Assembly (NCBI RefSeq): GCF_001194135.2
Contig: NC_068982.1
Span: 3,357,961-3,406,560 of the forward strand
Direction: 5' to 3'
Source of the DNA: Octopus bimaculoides
Taxonomy: Eukaryota
DNA: 48,600 nucleotides
A model generated the notes under the pieces. The model saw only the letters and a program-made list of their open reading frames with translations. It had not been told where the DNA came from and searched no databases. Numbering within the stretch: the first letter of the stretch is position 1; every line of letters starts with the position of its first letter. The position numbers and the translations under genes were made by a program. This document shows positions 1 through 12,412 of the stretch, piece after piece.

Positions 1-291
1 CAGTGGATTTGGTAGACGGAAACTGAAAGAAGCCCGTCGTATATATATGTATATATATATGTATGTGTGTATGTGTTTGTATGTCTGTGTTTGTCCCCCC
101 CCAACATCGGTTGACAACCGATGCTGGTGTGTTTATGTCCCCGTAACTTAGCGGTTCGGCAAAATAGACCGATAGAATAAGTACCAGGCTTCCGAAGAAT
201 AAGTCCTGGGGTCGATTTGCTCGACTAAAGGCGGTGCTCCAGCATGGCCACAGTCAAAAAAAGACTGAAACAAGTAAAAGAGTAAAAGAGT
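1..291 (+). mobile_element. SINE family D, 3' half (head lies outside the window)
   Basis: gtggatttggtagacggaaactgaaagaagcccg...ggcggtgctccagcatggcc...gactgaaacaagtaaaagag; homologous segments recur at 26587-26957, 27775-28210 and 31021-31338. Confidence 0.85.
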
Positions 292-998
292 ATATATATA
301 CATGTCGAAGCAGATAGGTACAAAACAAATAGACGAAATATGCATAAGATTTATACAGACTGGTATAGAAAAACATATCCTCACAAAGCAGTTAAATATA
401 AGTGTGTACGTGCAGAAGTGCGTATACAGATATATAGAGATATTCATATACATGTAAATAGTGCATTTGTATATGTTATATACACATAAACACACACACA
501 AACAGATATACATATATATACCACATGTGTACGTATGTATGTATGTATGTATGTATGTATAGAGAAATTACATTTTATTTCTCCTAAAGAAATCACAACG
601 TATGTGATATAAGAGAATGCTTCAATTTCTGAAAGTACATGAATATATGTGTGCTCCTCTGTGTTAGTGTGTATGTGTGTGTATGTGTGTGTGTTTGTGT
701 GTGTGTTTGTGTGTGTGCATTTGTGTGTAGACACTCACCTGGTTTTAACTAAAACGAACGTCTACCTGCAGCAAATTCACTTCTTTCATTATTGTGATTT
801 CTTCCTTTATAATTTAATGGCAAGTTCTCGTTTTCCAAATATATAAATGTATTTTCTTTTTATGTTTATTGACATATGTGTTGTTTTCCTTTGAATTTCT
901 GGTCAGTTTCATTTACATATGTAGCAAGTTATGTTTGTCAACTTCGACATCGCTACCGGAAATGAACTACGCGCCACCATTTGTTCTTTTTCTTGTAG

Positions 999-1123
999 AC
1001 ATTATAGAAGAAATTAAAGAAAAAGACGAAAATGTTATATCGGCCATTTTATTTGCATCTAAAACGCGTACAGATATATTTAGAAACTACGTTAGTAACG
1101 ATTTTAAATATATAACACTTTAA
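999..1123 (+). CDS. possible isolated terminal exon (DIIEEIKEKDENVISAILFASKTRTDIFRNYVSNDFKYITL*)
   Basis: strong acceptor ttgttctttttcttgtag at 998, open phase-1 frame to TAA at 1123, followed by repeat-free AT-rich sequence; no recognised homology. Confidence 0.2.
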
Positions 1124-2538
1124 CAAAGTGAGAACGAGGGATCGTTAACGCGGTCGTTCCCCCCTGTTGGAATTCACTAAAAAATGCCCATCAAATCACA
1201 ACTTACTCTAATGAAGTCTTCGGATAGTTAAGACGTCTCGATGAAACAATGTAGAATGTTTCGATTTCTACATTGTTGAATTCGATCAATCTCTAAATTT
1301 TGTTTCTTTTCCTTTACACCAGTCGATAACGCATGAACCGTTCGCTTGTCTGAATTGGAGAAGATTTCTTCCAGAATCGTTCTGGTTTTTCAAATCTAAT
1401 TCACGCTCTTCTTAGTTAATCAACCTACATTTAAGTCTTATAAGGAAATGTGTTTTGCTTCTTCAACGTGATATATCGTTGATGTTAGGTTAAGCAGTCT
1501 GTTCAATCTTCGATTTGTAAACCTGTGATTAATATCTCAGTTGAAATGGGATTGGCTTAAATGTCGATCGATTCTTTTCGAGTGTTTTTGATTGGTAGAT
1601 GTCTCACTCAAGTAGCGCTTTTTTTCTTTTCTATTTTTTTATTTTTTTGTGTGATGTTTGTCGGCAAAGGTAAAGAGATTTCTTTGGAAGTGCACCTATA
1701 TTTTCTTAATTATAACAAATCGATAAATTCCGCTTCAGATTTTTTGTAATGTAACGGACAACTGTGAAGTCGAATGCTTTTAGGGTATATGCGGTCAGCG
1801 TTTTCCTTTGTGCTATAAATTCCATCACGTAGGTTTGAGGATATTTATGAGAGTGAGTATTTCATGAATGTCATATTATGGTTTTGGTATGCTCTTCATT
1901 TTTATCTAGGCAGGTACGCTTACAATATCAGCTTTCTTTTCGGTTCGTAAATAGTATTTCTGTGTGATTCAAACTGTTATAAACATTACATGGTAGAGTT
2001 TCTGGTCGAAAGAAATAATACACGATAAAGTAAACATCGTCAAAGATATGAAAATGGTAGAAAAATTTCAGAACAAATTGTTCACTGCTCCTCCAACTTC
2101 TTTTTCAGCGATAGGGTGTTTTGCCAAATTAATTGCAATCAATTTGAGGGGGAACACCAGCTAAAATCTTTGTGATTTAAAGAAATACCATCAATCTAAC
2201 TAAAATAGTTTTTCGCATTAAGGAAAGCTTGTATTTTATCTGTTTGTAAACTGTTCGAGTTCTCTATAGAAGTATGCATATCCCCTGCTAATTATCCTTC
2301 CTTTTTAATGTCGAAATCTAAATCATTAGATAGGGAATAAAAATTAATATAAAGACTGGAGTTTCTGTTCTCAGAAAATCTCCAAAAACTTGAAATATGC
2401 TTTATACAGGCGATTTCTCGAGATAATGGGTTCCCGAAAAGTGAGAAACGCTAAATTATATATGTGTGTGCGTGTATACATTCATACATACATATCACAC
2501 ACAGATACAACTATGTATATATATATATATATATAGAC

Positions 2539-2569
<31 letters not shown>

Positions 2570-3309
2570 TGTGTAGTTTATTTATTTTGATAGACATTCT
2601 TAGTCTTCCCAGATAGGAAACAAATACGATATAAAGTTTCTTCTTCAGCGTCTTCGGGCAATTATTGCTACAGTCTTGAAATTTAATCTTTCATTTTAAT
2701 AAGAGAAAATAAGTCTTCTTCAATATGTAATAGGATCTTGGTTACGGGTGGGTTATTATTAGCTTTGAAGCCTTATTTGAAAATATTAAAATGATTTTCA
2801 ATTTTTCTTTTGCTTCTCGAGTTCATTTCTTGTCTCTACATTTTCGCATTGTGTAAATAAAGTGCTCAACAACCGAGTTGATTTTCTTTCTTTCACAGTG
2901 ATTCGAGAACAAAATTTTACATCGAGACTTAGGCGTAAATCTGTTTGTTTAATAAGGAGCAGCATACAGAGCTATAAATCCATTTCTATCCTTAAGAATC
3001 TTTCAAAGCAATTAATTTAGATTTGTGTGAGGAAGACTAGTTTCCAAAGAAATAAGAAGGTGAGAAAGAAAGAAAATGAGAAAGAAGCAATAAATAAAAG
3101 AACGACGAGATGTGCAGAGGATGAAGATGGGAAGCATCAAATTAAACATTAAATTTTGAAATCTTAGCAATAATTTCTAAATTACAGGAAAGAATAGAAT
3201 GATCGGTACCCGGAAATCAGAAACTCAGGGTATATTTATACATTTTTGCGTGTCTGCCTGTATTTGCGGGTGTATAAATACATATGTACACACATATTTT
3301 TACACCCCA

Positions 3310-3603
3310 CCCCACCACAAAAAAGACTTTGCGACACAATTTTTTCACGGCAAATGGTCCTGCGCTTTTCAATGTTATCCCAAAAGAAATTAAAATAGAA
3401 AAATACCCCACAACTTTCAAACGGTACCTGGACAAATTCCTCCAGGAAATACCAGATAAACCAGCTACACCTGGATAAGTTTCAACCAGCAACATCTCTC
3501 TGCTTAAGTGGTCCATGGTGTTCCGAAATAATTTCCAGGTGGTGCTATTGAGTTAGAAATGGCCTGGTTCGATAATGGCCGAAACCAATCTAAGTTATCT
3601 AAG

Positions 3604-3607
<4 letters not shown>
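3310..3607 (+). mobile_element. CR1-clade-like LINE 3' end (C-terminus of RT ORF plus tail)
   Basis: RHNFFTANGPALFNVIPKEIK...TFKRYLDKFLQEIPDKP resembles the end of CR1/L2-group ORF2; ends in a short tandem tail (ctaagttat)x2 and then (TA)n. Confidence 0.7.
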
Positions 3608-3645
<38 letters not shown>

Positions 3646-4557
3646 NNNNNNNNNNNNNNNNNNNNNNNNNNNNNNNNNNNNNNNNNNNNNNNNNNNNNNN
3701 NNNNNNNNNNNNNNNNNNNNNNNNNNNNNNNNNNNNNNNNNNNNNNNNNNNNNNNNNNNNNNNNNNNNNNNNNNNNNNNNNNNNNNNNNNNNNNNNNNNN
3801 NNNNNNNNNNNNNNNNNNNNNNNNNNNNNNNNNNNNNNNNNNNNNNNNNNNNNNNNNNNNNNNNNNNNNNNNNNNNNNNNNNNNNNNNNNNNNNNNNNNN
3901 NNNNNNNNNNNNNNNNNNNNNNNNNNNNNNNNNNNNNNNNNNNNNNNNNNNNNNNNNNNNNNNNNNNNNNNNNNNNNNNNNNNNNNNNNNNNNNNNNNNN
4001 NNNNNNNNNNNNNNNNNNNNNNNNNNNNNNNNNNNNNNNNNNNNNNNNNNNNNNNNNNNNNNNNNNNNNNNNNNNNNNNNNNNNNNNNNNNNNNNNNNNN
4101 NNNNNNNNNNNNNNNNNNNNNNNNNNNNNNNNNNNNNNNNNNNNNNNNNNNNNNNNNNNNNNNNNNNNNNNNNNNNNNNNNNNNNNNNNNNNNNNNNNNN
4201 NNNNNNNNNNNNNNNNNNNNNNNNNNNNNNNNNNNNNNNNNNNNNNNNNNNNNNNNNNNNNNNNNNNNNNNNNNNNNNNNNNNNNNNNNNNNNNNNNNNN
4301 NNNNNNNNNNNNNNNNNNNNNNNNNNNNNNNNNNNNNNNNNNNNNNNNNNNNNNNNNNNNNNNNNNNNNNNNNNNNNNNNNNNNNNNNNNNNNNNNNNNN
4401 NNNNNNNNNNNNNNNNNNNNNNNNNNNNNNNNNNNNNNNNNNNNNNNNNNNNNNNNNNNNNNNNNNNNNNNNNNNNNNNNNNNNNNNNNNNNNNNNNNNN
4501 NNNNNNNNNNNNNNNNNNNNNNNNNNNNNNNNNNNNNNNNNNNNNNNNNNNNNNNNN

Positions 4558-4600
<43 letters not shown>

Positions 4601-5268
4601 CTACACACACATACAAGCCAACCCAAGCGCATAAACATCACCGAGTTATGCTAACACTAGAAGAAGACGCACATATCAACCTCGAAACAGAGTCAATCAC
4701 ATATAAAATAACAGTGATCCCACTGCGCCCGGAGCAAACCTACACGAGCATACGCATTCACACCACATCTGTAATGTGGGGTGCCCGGTTTGCATGGCGA
4801 TTCAGTATATTTTAGACATGAATAGACTATCTAGAATATAACCAAAGAAAGAAAGAAAAATTCCGCCAAACAGCATTTACAAATAATCTAGTAAAGTACA
4901 CTTTCTACGAGAAACAATATTGACAACAGCGAAGTTAAAACCAGAAATAGCATTGTCTGAAACCGTGCACTATATTTGAAGAAACGTGTCACACACAAAA
5001 TTTACGTTTCTAAAGATAATAGAAAAGTATCTAAAAATTCAGCAGTTAACAATAATGCCATGAAAATTACATTCAAGTTCTGTGAAAATGAATGTCATTG
5101 CCTGCAACATTAATATAACAATGATTCAGAAAATCCTCTTATTGGACAAAAACAAAACGCCCACCAACGAAGCCAAACTCGATTCAAATAAGACTGACCC
5201 TTTCACGGTGGAGATGATCTTATATAACACATAAAACCTTCCATTTATTATATAGGTACCACGAAAGA

Positions 5269-5598
5269 AGGCCCATGGTTCAGTGTTTAGAGCGTCAAGT
5301 TTACGATCGCGAGGTTGTGAGTTCGAATCACGGACCGAGCTGTCAGTTGTGTTCTTGAGCAAGACACTTTATTTCACGTTGCTCCAGTTCACTCAGCTGT
5401 AGAAATGAGTTGCGACGTCACAGGTCCCAAGCTGTATCAGCCTTTGCCTTTCCCTTGGATAACACTGGTGGCGTGGAGAGGGGAGGCTGCTATGTATGGG
5501 CGACTGCTGGTCTTCCATAAACAACTTTGCCCGGACTTATGCTTCGGAGGGTAACTTTCTAGGTGCAATCCCATGGTCAGTCATGACCGAAGGGGGGT
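5269..5598 (+). mobile_element. tRNA-derived SINE family B, near full length
   Basis: A-box-like ggttcagtgtttagagc, B-box-like gagttcgaatc, central cttgagcaagacactttatttcac domain also present at 41492. Confidence 0.85.
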
Positions 5599-5803
5599 TT
5601 CAGCATACCACAAAAGATATTTGCGAACCATTCGTAAATGCCACTATACAAGAAATGCAGTCTTCCGAATGAAATCAAGAAGTATGAAGCGTGTGTTGTA
5701 TAAATGTCCTCACCAATCGTTTCGCATGAAAGCGATCGCCACCCTTGGACGGCCTCAGTTTAACTTTTTCTCAAACACCATCAAACACACAGCACCAACT
5801 TAC

Positions 5804-5887
5804 CTGCTGTAACATCAATACAACTAAACTTTTGCGTATTTCTTGTTACTACAACTTGACTGGTTCGAACGCGACACATACTGGTCG
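5804..5887 (-). CDS. candidate symmetric phase-1 exon (TSMCRVRTSQVVVTRNTQKFSCIDVTA)
   Basis: ctgcag acceptor, 84 nt open, consensus donor CAG|gtaagtt; no recognised homology. Confidence 0.25.
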
Positions 5888-7145
5888 CTGCAGTGTGTCA
5901 CAGGAGAGTAACTTACCCCTTTTTCTATGATAAAGTATTCGCCGAACTCAACTTACTGGTGCCTGACATTCTATGACACCAGTATTTCGCTCTGTTGTAT
6001 CTCATCAGTCAAAGCTACACCGGACATTTGAGTCTATCCAAGCAACTGGCCTTTGTTATACATTCGGTGAAGAAAAATCTTTGCTGAGAGGTGCGTATAT
6101 CTGCCATACTATGATACACACTAGAGAGAGCAGCATATTTTACGTCAGAATCTGCCTAGACATATTAAGAATAAAGAGATATTCGTTTTAGAAGTCTCCT
6201 TACGCGGTGCAAATGACGATTTCATATCGATTAGCAGACATAAAACCTATCAACAAACAATAATCTGCACCAATGAATCGAGTATGTTGAACATAGTATT
6301 CTGACAAAAGAGAAGTTTTTCTCCTTTGACGCAAACTACAACACCTTACATATTGTGCGTCTGAATGTGCCGAGACGTATTAAGATTAAATCTGCAAATA
6401 TTCCTTCCAGATGTCGCTGTATATCGGGCAAATAACCATTTTATAAGAGTTTTAGTTTGTAAACAACCCACACCAACACACTGATATAAAGCTGCATAAA
6501 GCCCAACTGCAGTAAATTTTCCTCAAGCAACACTTGTTCCCTACAACAAACTATAGTTAATATATCCCTAAATTTCCTAGAACTAAAACCCAAATACCAT
6601 CACAGGTTATTCACACATCAATAAAGAAAAATAGTAAGAACACTTTTAGCAATTTCAAAACATAAGGCGTGACGAAGTGTGTTACACAAAGAACTAGAAT
6701 CTAACTTCGATTCTAATAGCTTACTAGAATTCAAGACCACCACAGCCACTGATACGTGTTCTCTAATACTTGCATGCAACAAAACATTTCTGAATTCATT
6801 TACAAATATATCCCGTAATGAAACGTAGAATAGTACGACTCCAATTATGTGCCCTAAACAAACAGTCTAAAAAGTAAAAGCAAAAACAGACAATCACGAA
6901 CGCAATACGTCTGGATATTACGTAACCGATAGCAATGCAGGGTAAAATGCTTAGCGGCGGCATTTTTTCTTTTTTCGGAAGCGTCTCTGCAGTGGTCTCA
7001 CAAAACTCCTTCCGGAATTCCTCAAGCTCGTGTGTGTTAGCATATCCGCAGCGCTGCTTCTAATTTATGTATTATACGTGCATTTTTATTTTTCATGATA
7101 CATGAGCATGTTACCAGAAATGAACTTACACGCATCCAGGTGGAG

Positions 7146-7450
7146 CTAAATAATATATCGATTGCTAGTTTCCAGCCTGTTGTTAATTTGGGGTTCTAGT
7201 TTGTCTATGAAGCTAGCTTCCTTAATTCTTAGATTTCCCAAATTTCTGTCATTGGCCTTAATTGGGACTGCTATGCTTTGTCGGTGTCCAGCATCTGTCC
7301 GGATAATATTCACATCCAGAGAAGCGAACACGGAAATACCCATCGGAGGAATTTACTCCGTGAGTAACAACTCCTAGCTGTAATCATGGACGTTAAATAC
7401 CAATCGATGCGGTTAGCCGTAACCTGGGACATAACTGAGAGCTACCATGG
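7146..7450 (-). mobile_element. Penelope-like element, C-terminal tail of GIY-YIG endonuclease
   Basis: ...NLRIKEASFIDKLEPQINN resembles the PLE terminal motif L.IKE..FI..L.P.LN. Confidence 0.55.
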
Positions 7451-7477
7451 TATCCTTCTGGAGAATATATAAACTCA

Positions 7478-7510
<33 letters not shown>

Positions 7511-7512
<2 letters not shown>

Positions 7513-7595
7513 AGTAGAAGACACCCAAGGTGCCGTGCAGTGGAACTGAATCCGAAACTATGTGGTTTGGAAGCATGCTTCTTACCATGCAACTG
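7511..7595 (-). mobile_element. SINE family D head fragment
   Basis: reverse complement of gtggtaagaagcatgcttccaaaccacatag...ggcaccttgggtgtcttctact, matching 31021-31110. Confidence 0.75.
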
Positions 7596-7756
7596 TTTCC
7601 CCCCTCATTCTTCAAACACTGATACACAAGGTGTCCAACCCTACTTAAATCACCCGAAACATAACTCCATGACACCAGACTCAAAGTAGCTCTACCAAAC
7701 ATGTGTCTCAATTCTTCCCAACAACACAAAGGTCACCAAATACAGCGAAATGTATG

Positions 7757-7816
<60 letters not shown>

Positions 7817-8174
7817 CATACATATATATCCACATCCTCTCAATGAATCGTTTCAAACAGGAGAATCATCAATGGAGAAGCACTGTTTAGAATATTTAGA
7901 CCCCCTGTATTAATATTTTTCTTGCTTGAATCATAGATATTTCTGTTTAATATATCTCGGAATTACAAAATGGCTCACTACCCATTTTGTGCAGGAAGAT
8001 AATCACGTCAGTTTTCGTATACAGTTGAAGACGCTAATCATAAACAATACAGTATGGTAAAATGAATTGCTTAGTCTCCAACGAAGCATCGACAGCTGTT
8101 GTTAACAGTTCATATAATTTAAATGACCTTCAGTAGCTACAACAGACTTTCTGGCCCCTTCTTGCAGAGAGGCA

Positions 8175-8218
8175 TCACCGAACGATAACACAGCAGAGCG
8201 TGTTACTGAAACGTCTTA
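8175..8218 (-). CDS. candidate last coding exon of the minus-strand beta-trefoil-like gene (VRRFSNTLCCVIVR*); an alternative acceptor at 8205 gives a 78-nt phase 1-1 exon ending at 8128
   Basis: aaaatttcttttag acceptor, phase matches the 9887 donor; W-A-V-R-R-F-S-N-T-L-C-C-V aligns in register with W-R-L-R-K-V-K-T-G-M-Y-H-V of the 21048 exon. Confidence 0.25.
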
Positions 8219-8771
8219 CTAAAAGAAATTTTCGTTGTCCAACCCCGCGAGTATAACACAATATTATTGAAAACGTGCGCGTATGAATGCGTCTAAGTAC
8301 ATGTTTGAAAGAATCAATACATGTATGCGTTTGTTAATCACGGTTAAATGTACAAGCATATATGCATCTATAGAAGTGCACTTGTGTATGCGAGCATGCA
8401 CAAACACACACATATGTGTATGTAAAAGTGAATATACGTATACAAGCAAATAACTGTAAGCACATTTGTATACACGTATATATATATATATATATATATA
8501 TATATNNNNNNNNNNNNNNNNNNNNNNNNNNNNNNNNNNNNNNNNNNNNNNNNNNNNNNNNNNNNNNNNNNNNNNNNNNNNNNNNNNNNNNNNNNNNNNN
8601 NNNNNNNNNNNNNNNNNNNNNNNNNNNNNNNNNNNNNNNNNNNNNNNNNNNNNNNNNNNNNNNNNNNNNNNNNNNNNNNNNNNNNNNNNNNNNNNNNNNN
8701 NNNNNNNNNNNNNNNNNNNNNNNNNNNNNNNNNNNNNNNNNNNNNNNNNNNNNNNNNNNNNNNNNNNNNNN

Positions 8772-8827
<56 letters not shown>

Positions 8828-9886
8828 TATATATATATATATATTCATACATACACTAATATATATTTATATATAAATAAATCTCTCTTGATTCACTGAT
8901 ATATATGTATGTATAAGTGTGTATACATATATGTATATATATATATGTGTGTATGTATTATGTATGTATGTGTGTGTGGGGAGAGAGAGAGAGGTGCATG
9001 TAGGTATATACATATTTTGTGAAGTAACAGTATCGACCTGACCAGAAGTGGCGAGGCCAAGCTTAGTCGACAATTTTCATATTAATAGTTTTCAACGAAA
9101 ACAATGTTGATATGAACAAACTAACAGCAAAGCAATTTAGACTGCATGATTGCCTAAGACTACGTATGCTAAATTCTATCAAAAAACCAATAAGCTACTC
9201 TCACACAAGTGCGAACACATAAACGGATACTTAACGCACGGCGCACGCTTTCGTACATTTACTCGCGTGCACAAATGTATGTAAATGCGATCGTTTGAAT
9301 GTTTTGCCGGTATATATTATGTACAGAGAGACAGAGAAATGGGGGAATTATCATTTGAGAGTTTGATAAATTATTTACATCATTTTTTCTCCCCATTGTG
9401 CATTTCATTGTGCCAAGGTTGATTCTATCATTCTGACAGACAAGTAAATAACTTATTAAACTATGTGAACGCTATTTCTATATTGCCAATCATATTTGTT
9501 CCTTAGCCAGAATTACATTGGCGGATGTTGTCTGACCATCAAGAAACTATATTACCAGAAGCCCACTGTTTGAGTTAGACAGAGAAAAGAAGCTTTTATT
9601 TTGTTTGTATGCTGTGTTGTTTGTTTTGTTTCTCGTTGTGTGTGTGTTTTGTTTTGTTTTGTTTTTCTCTATTTCCAAGTTGAATACCTGTCTAAGAATT
9701 TCTAAAACTAGTATTTTTTAAATCTGATCCTTATTCGAAATTATTTGAGATGGTTCTCAGAACCTTGCAACGCTTTTTCATGCAGCTGTTCTTGTAATCC
9801 CATCGTACTGCCCATTCACAAGTCTGCTGGTTGTTTAGCAACAGGAAGGTAGCATTGGCTGAGATTTCACTGAACCAACATCTTAC

Positions 9887-9933
9887 CAGCCCAAAGTGTC
9901 CCTCTTCCGCTGAGATCTGTCACTCCAATATAT
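9887..9933 (-). CDS. candidate internal exon (YIGVTDLSGRGTLWA)
   Basis: gtgttttcattag acceptor and G|gtaaga donor; the phase-2 start matches the phase-2 end of the 12149 exon; the Y....D.S....LW pattern echoes the 21048 exon. Confidence 0.35.
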
Positions 9934-10149
9934 CTAATGAAAACACTTGTCCTATCATTAAATACGTTTAGTTGTAACACCTCTCACCAAACGAATTCAT
10001 GGCATATCTTTCAACGTAATGGAAGTCTTGATGAGACACCGAGTAAACTTCTATATGGGCGATCGTTCTATAAAAACAATAGTTACAATCACCTTGAAAA
10101 TACATATTGGTGTTTTAAATTAAGTAATGAGATATTCAATATATATATA

Positions 10150-10671
10150 CAGTGTTCAAAACGTCTCACCACAGTGTGAAAGTTTTTCATCCTGCGCATG
10201 CGCAACTTGACTATCACAGCGTGGACGGTCGGGTGTTGGCCATTGTTCCTCAGTCATTGTGTACCCTTCAGCGTTTCGACATCTAACCATTGTTAGAACG
10301 TACATTTTTAGTTGAACAGGTGTTTCGAAAGGACTTTGGCCACCAAGATCACCTGATTTAACACCACCAGACATTTTTTTCTGGGAAGCAAGTAAAGGAT
10401 CAGTGTACAAGAATCGCCCGAAAACCATTAATGAGCTAAAAGACGCAATCATAAGCTTCACACGTCAGACTGTCCAAAATGTATTCCAAAACATGTGTAG
10501 AAGAGTCAGCTTATGTATTGCAAATGAAGGACGACACTTTCAACACTTCTTATAAAGTTTTTTTTTAAGTCTTGTAAAGTCTAATATATTCTTTTGTAGT
10601 CTTATACCATCTTAGAAATATTTTATTTTGCAATAAAGTACTTACTGCGAAGAGATGTTTTGAACACCCTG
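10150..10671 (+). mobile_element. internally deleted Tc1/mariner-superfamily element
   Basis: imperfect TIRs cagtgttcaaaacgtctc / gagatgttttgaacaccctg, left TA; internal WPPRSPDLTPPDIFFW at 10337 followed by ...VYKNRPKTINELKDAI. Confidence 0.85.
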
Positions 10672-10791
10672 CATTAAAGAAAATGATATTAAAGAAGATA
10701 ATTATAGGTCACGGCTGGAGTAGTCTGCGTTGATCTCGGGCTGAGCAACAACAACAGCAAACACAACAACGGGTAATTAAACGAATATTCT

Positions 10792-11148
10792 GGAGACGCA
10801 ATGGTCCTGTGGTTACGGCAGCGGACTCGCGGTTGTAGGATCGCAATTTCGATTCCTAGACCGGGCGTTGTGAGTGTTTATTGAGCGAAAATACCTAAAG
10901 CTTCATGAGGCTCCGGCAGCGGACGGGCGAACCCTGCTGTACCCTTTCACCACAACTTTCTCTCACTCTTTCCTTCCTGTTTCTGTTGTACCTATATTTC
11001 AAAGTACCAGCTTTGTCACACTGAATCTCTCCGAGAACTACGTTAAAGGTATACGTGTCTGTGGAGTGCTCAACCACTTGCACGTTAATTTCACAAGCAG
11101 GCTGTTCCGTTGATCGGATCAACTGGGACGATCGCCGACGGAGTGCCA
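10792..11148 (+). mobile_element. tRNA-derived SINE family A, full length
   Basis: ggagacgcaatggtcctgtggttacggcagcggactcgcgg head; closely matches the minus-strand copies at 23522 and 46950. Confidence 0.9.
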
Positions 11149-12148
11149 TTACGAAATGAATATTGGTAAATTCCTGTTTCAAATTACACTTTACTCCTTC
11201 CTGCCAGTATACCATAACCATAACCAAACTATAACTGTGTTATTGACATATTTTCTCTCCTTCTCTTCGTGAATCATGATACGATTCAAAGAGTTGACTA
11301 ATTCTGGTCTTTTGGCCAAAAAAGAAAAAAAAGTTGAAGGCATCAATGACACTAACTTCTGAAATTTAGAATAATATGGCAGTTGTTGAAACTGGTTTTT
11401 CTTTGTGTTCTTCATTAGTTGGTTCTCTAAACGTGTTGTCTTGTTTTTATATTTGTTGTATAAAATGACAGTCGTTCACGAAAATCATTTTGTTTCAAAG
11501 AGAGGCTTTCGAAAGGAGGTCATTTTTGTACAAAAGAGTTCCTCTTAAACTCTGTTTTTTCTAAAGACACTCTCATTCCTTTTTACTAATATTTTTCACA
11601 AATGCTGGAGGACGAACTTACTGGAATGTTAAATCAAGAGGTCTTGTGAAATTTATCATCAAAAAATATGAAACAGGAACACTAATTTTACGTAATGTTT
11701 CTCATTTTCTGAGAAATCTAATTGCACATTTTTGTCTCTTATAATAAAAGAGTTCCTTATCAAAATTATGTTACAATTTCATTTCAATGTATTCAGAAGA
11801 AAAAAATGGAACAACGAAACATTGTAAGGTTGCAAATAATCGCTTTTGCTTTGTTTTTTTGTTTTTTGTCTTTAATTATTCATTTAGATAAAGATTGACT
11901 TAGAAAAACAAAACGGATTTTGTTTTTATGTCACATAGTATATTCCAGATATAGTGTTCCGAAGCCTTACTAGATTCCTGTAGAATTCTGAATAGTAATC
12001 TTTCAAAGACACATCATCTTTGGAATACACATCATTATATTTCTAAATGTATTCCACACGGAGGAATACTCATGAGATGTTCTGGTGCGACTATGTTTCC
12101 CTCCAAAATATGTCGGAAAAGATGAATTTGTAGAAATTCATAACCTAC

Positions 12149-12239
12149 TTTCGGATTTTCGGGTAATTATGCTTTGGTTGTTTCACAATTCCATAAGCAT
12201 TACAATGTGATCCACTGAACAAATTTCCTCCACTTTCTT
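12149..12239 (-). CDS. candidate internal exon (ESGGNLFSGSHCNAYGIVKQPKHNYPKIRK)
   Basis: gtattcatttcaag acceptor, 91 nt open (phase 1 to 2), AA|gtaggt donor with an in-frame stop immediately inside the intron. Confidence 0.35.
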
Positions 12240-12365
12240 CTTGAAATGAATACATTATGACATTCTTAATTGTTTTCATTCGTTTTAATTGATTGATTTC
12301 TTTATTTCATTGCGTGTGTGTGCGTGTGTGTGCGTGCGCGTGTGTGCGTGCATGCCTGCGTGTGT

Positions 12366-12412
<47 letters not shown>

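Noticed and set aside
3504-4815. Long ORFs of 345-418 aa, and similar ones at 8264-8876, 38565-39539 and 41909-43213
   Set aside because: They are open only because they cross N gaps and dinucleotide repeats.
5269-5345. tRNA genes at SINE heads (also 10792, 41492, 46950)
   Set aside because: A/B-box-like motifs are present, but there is no complete cloverleaf and each continues into a SINE body.
9720-10060. Alternative readings: IYWSD as an LDL-receptor YWTD repeat, or an old mariner fossil
   Set aside because: IYWSD is a single short motif in a frame that does not fit neighbouring exon phases; the mariner similarity is too faint to call.
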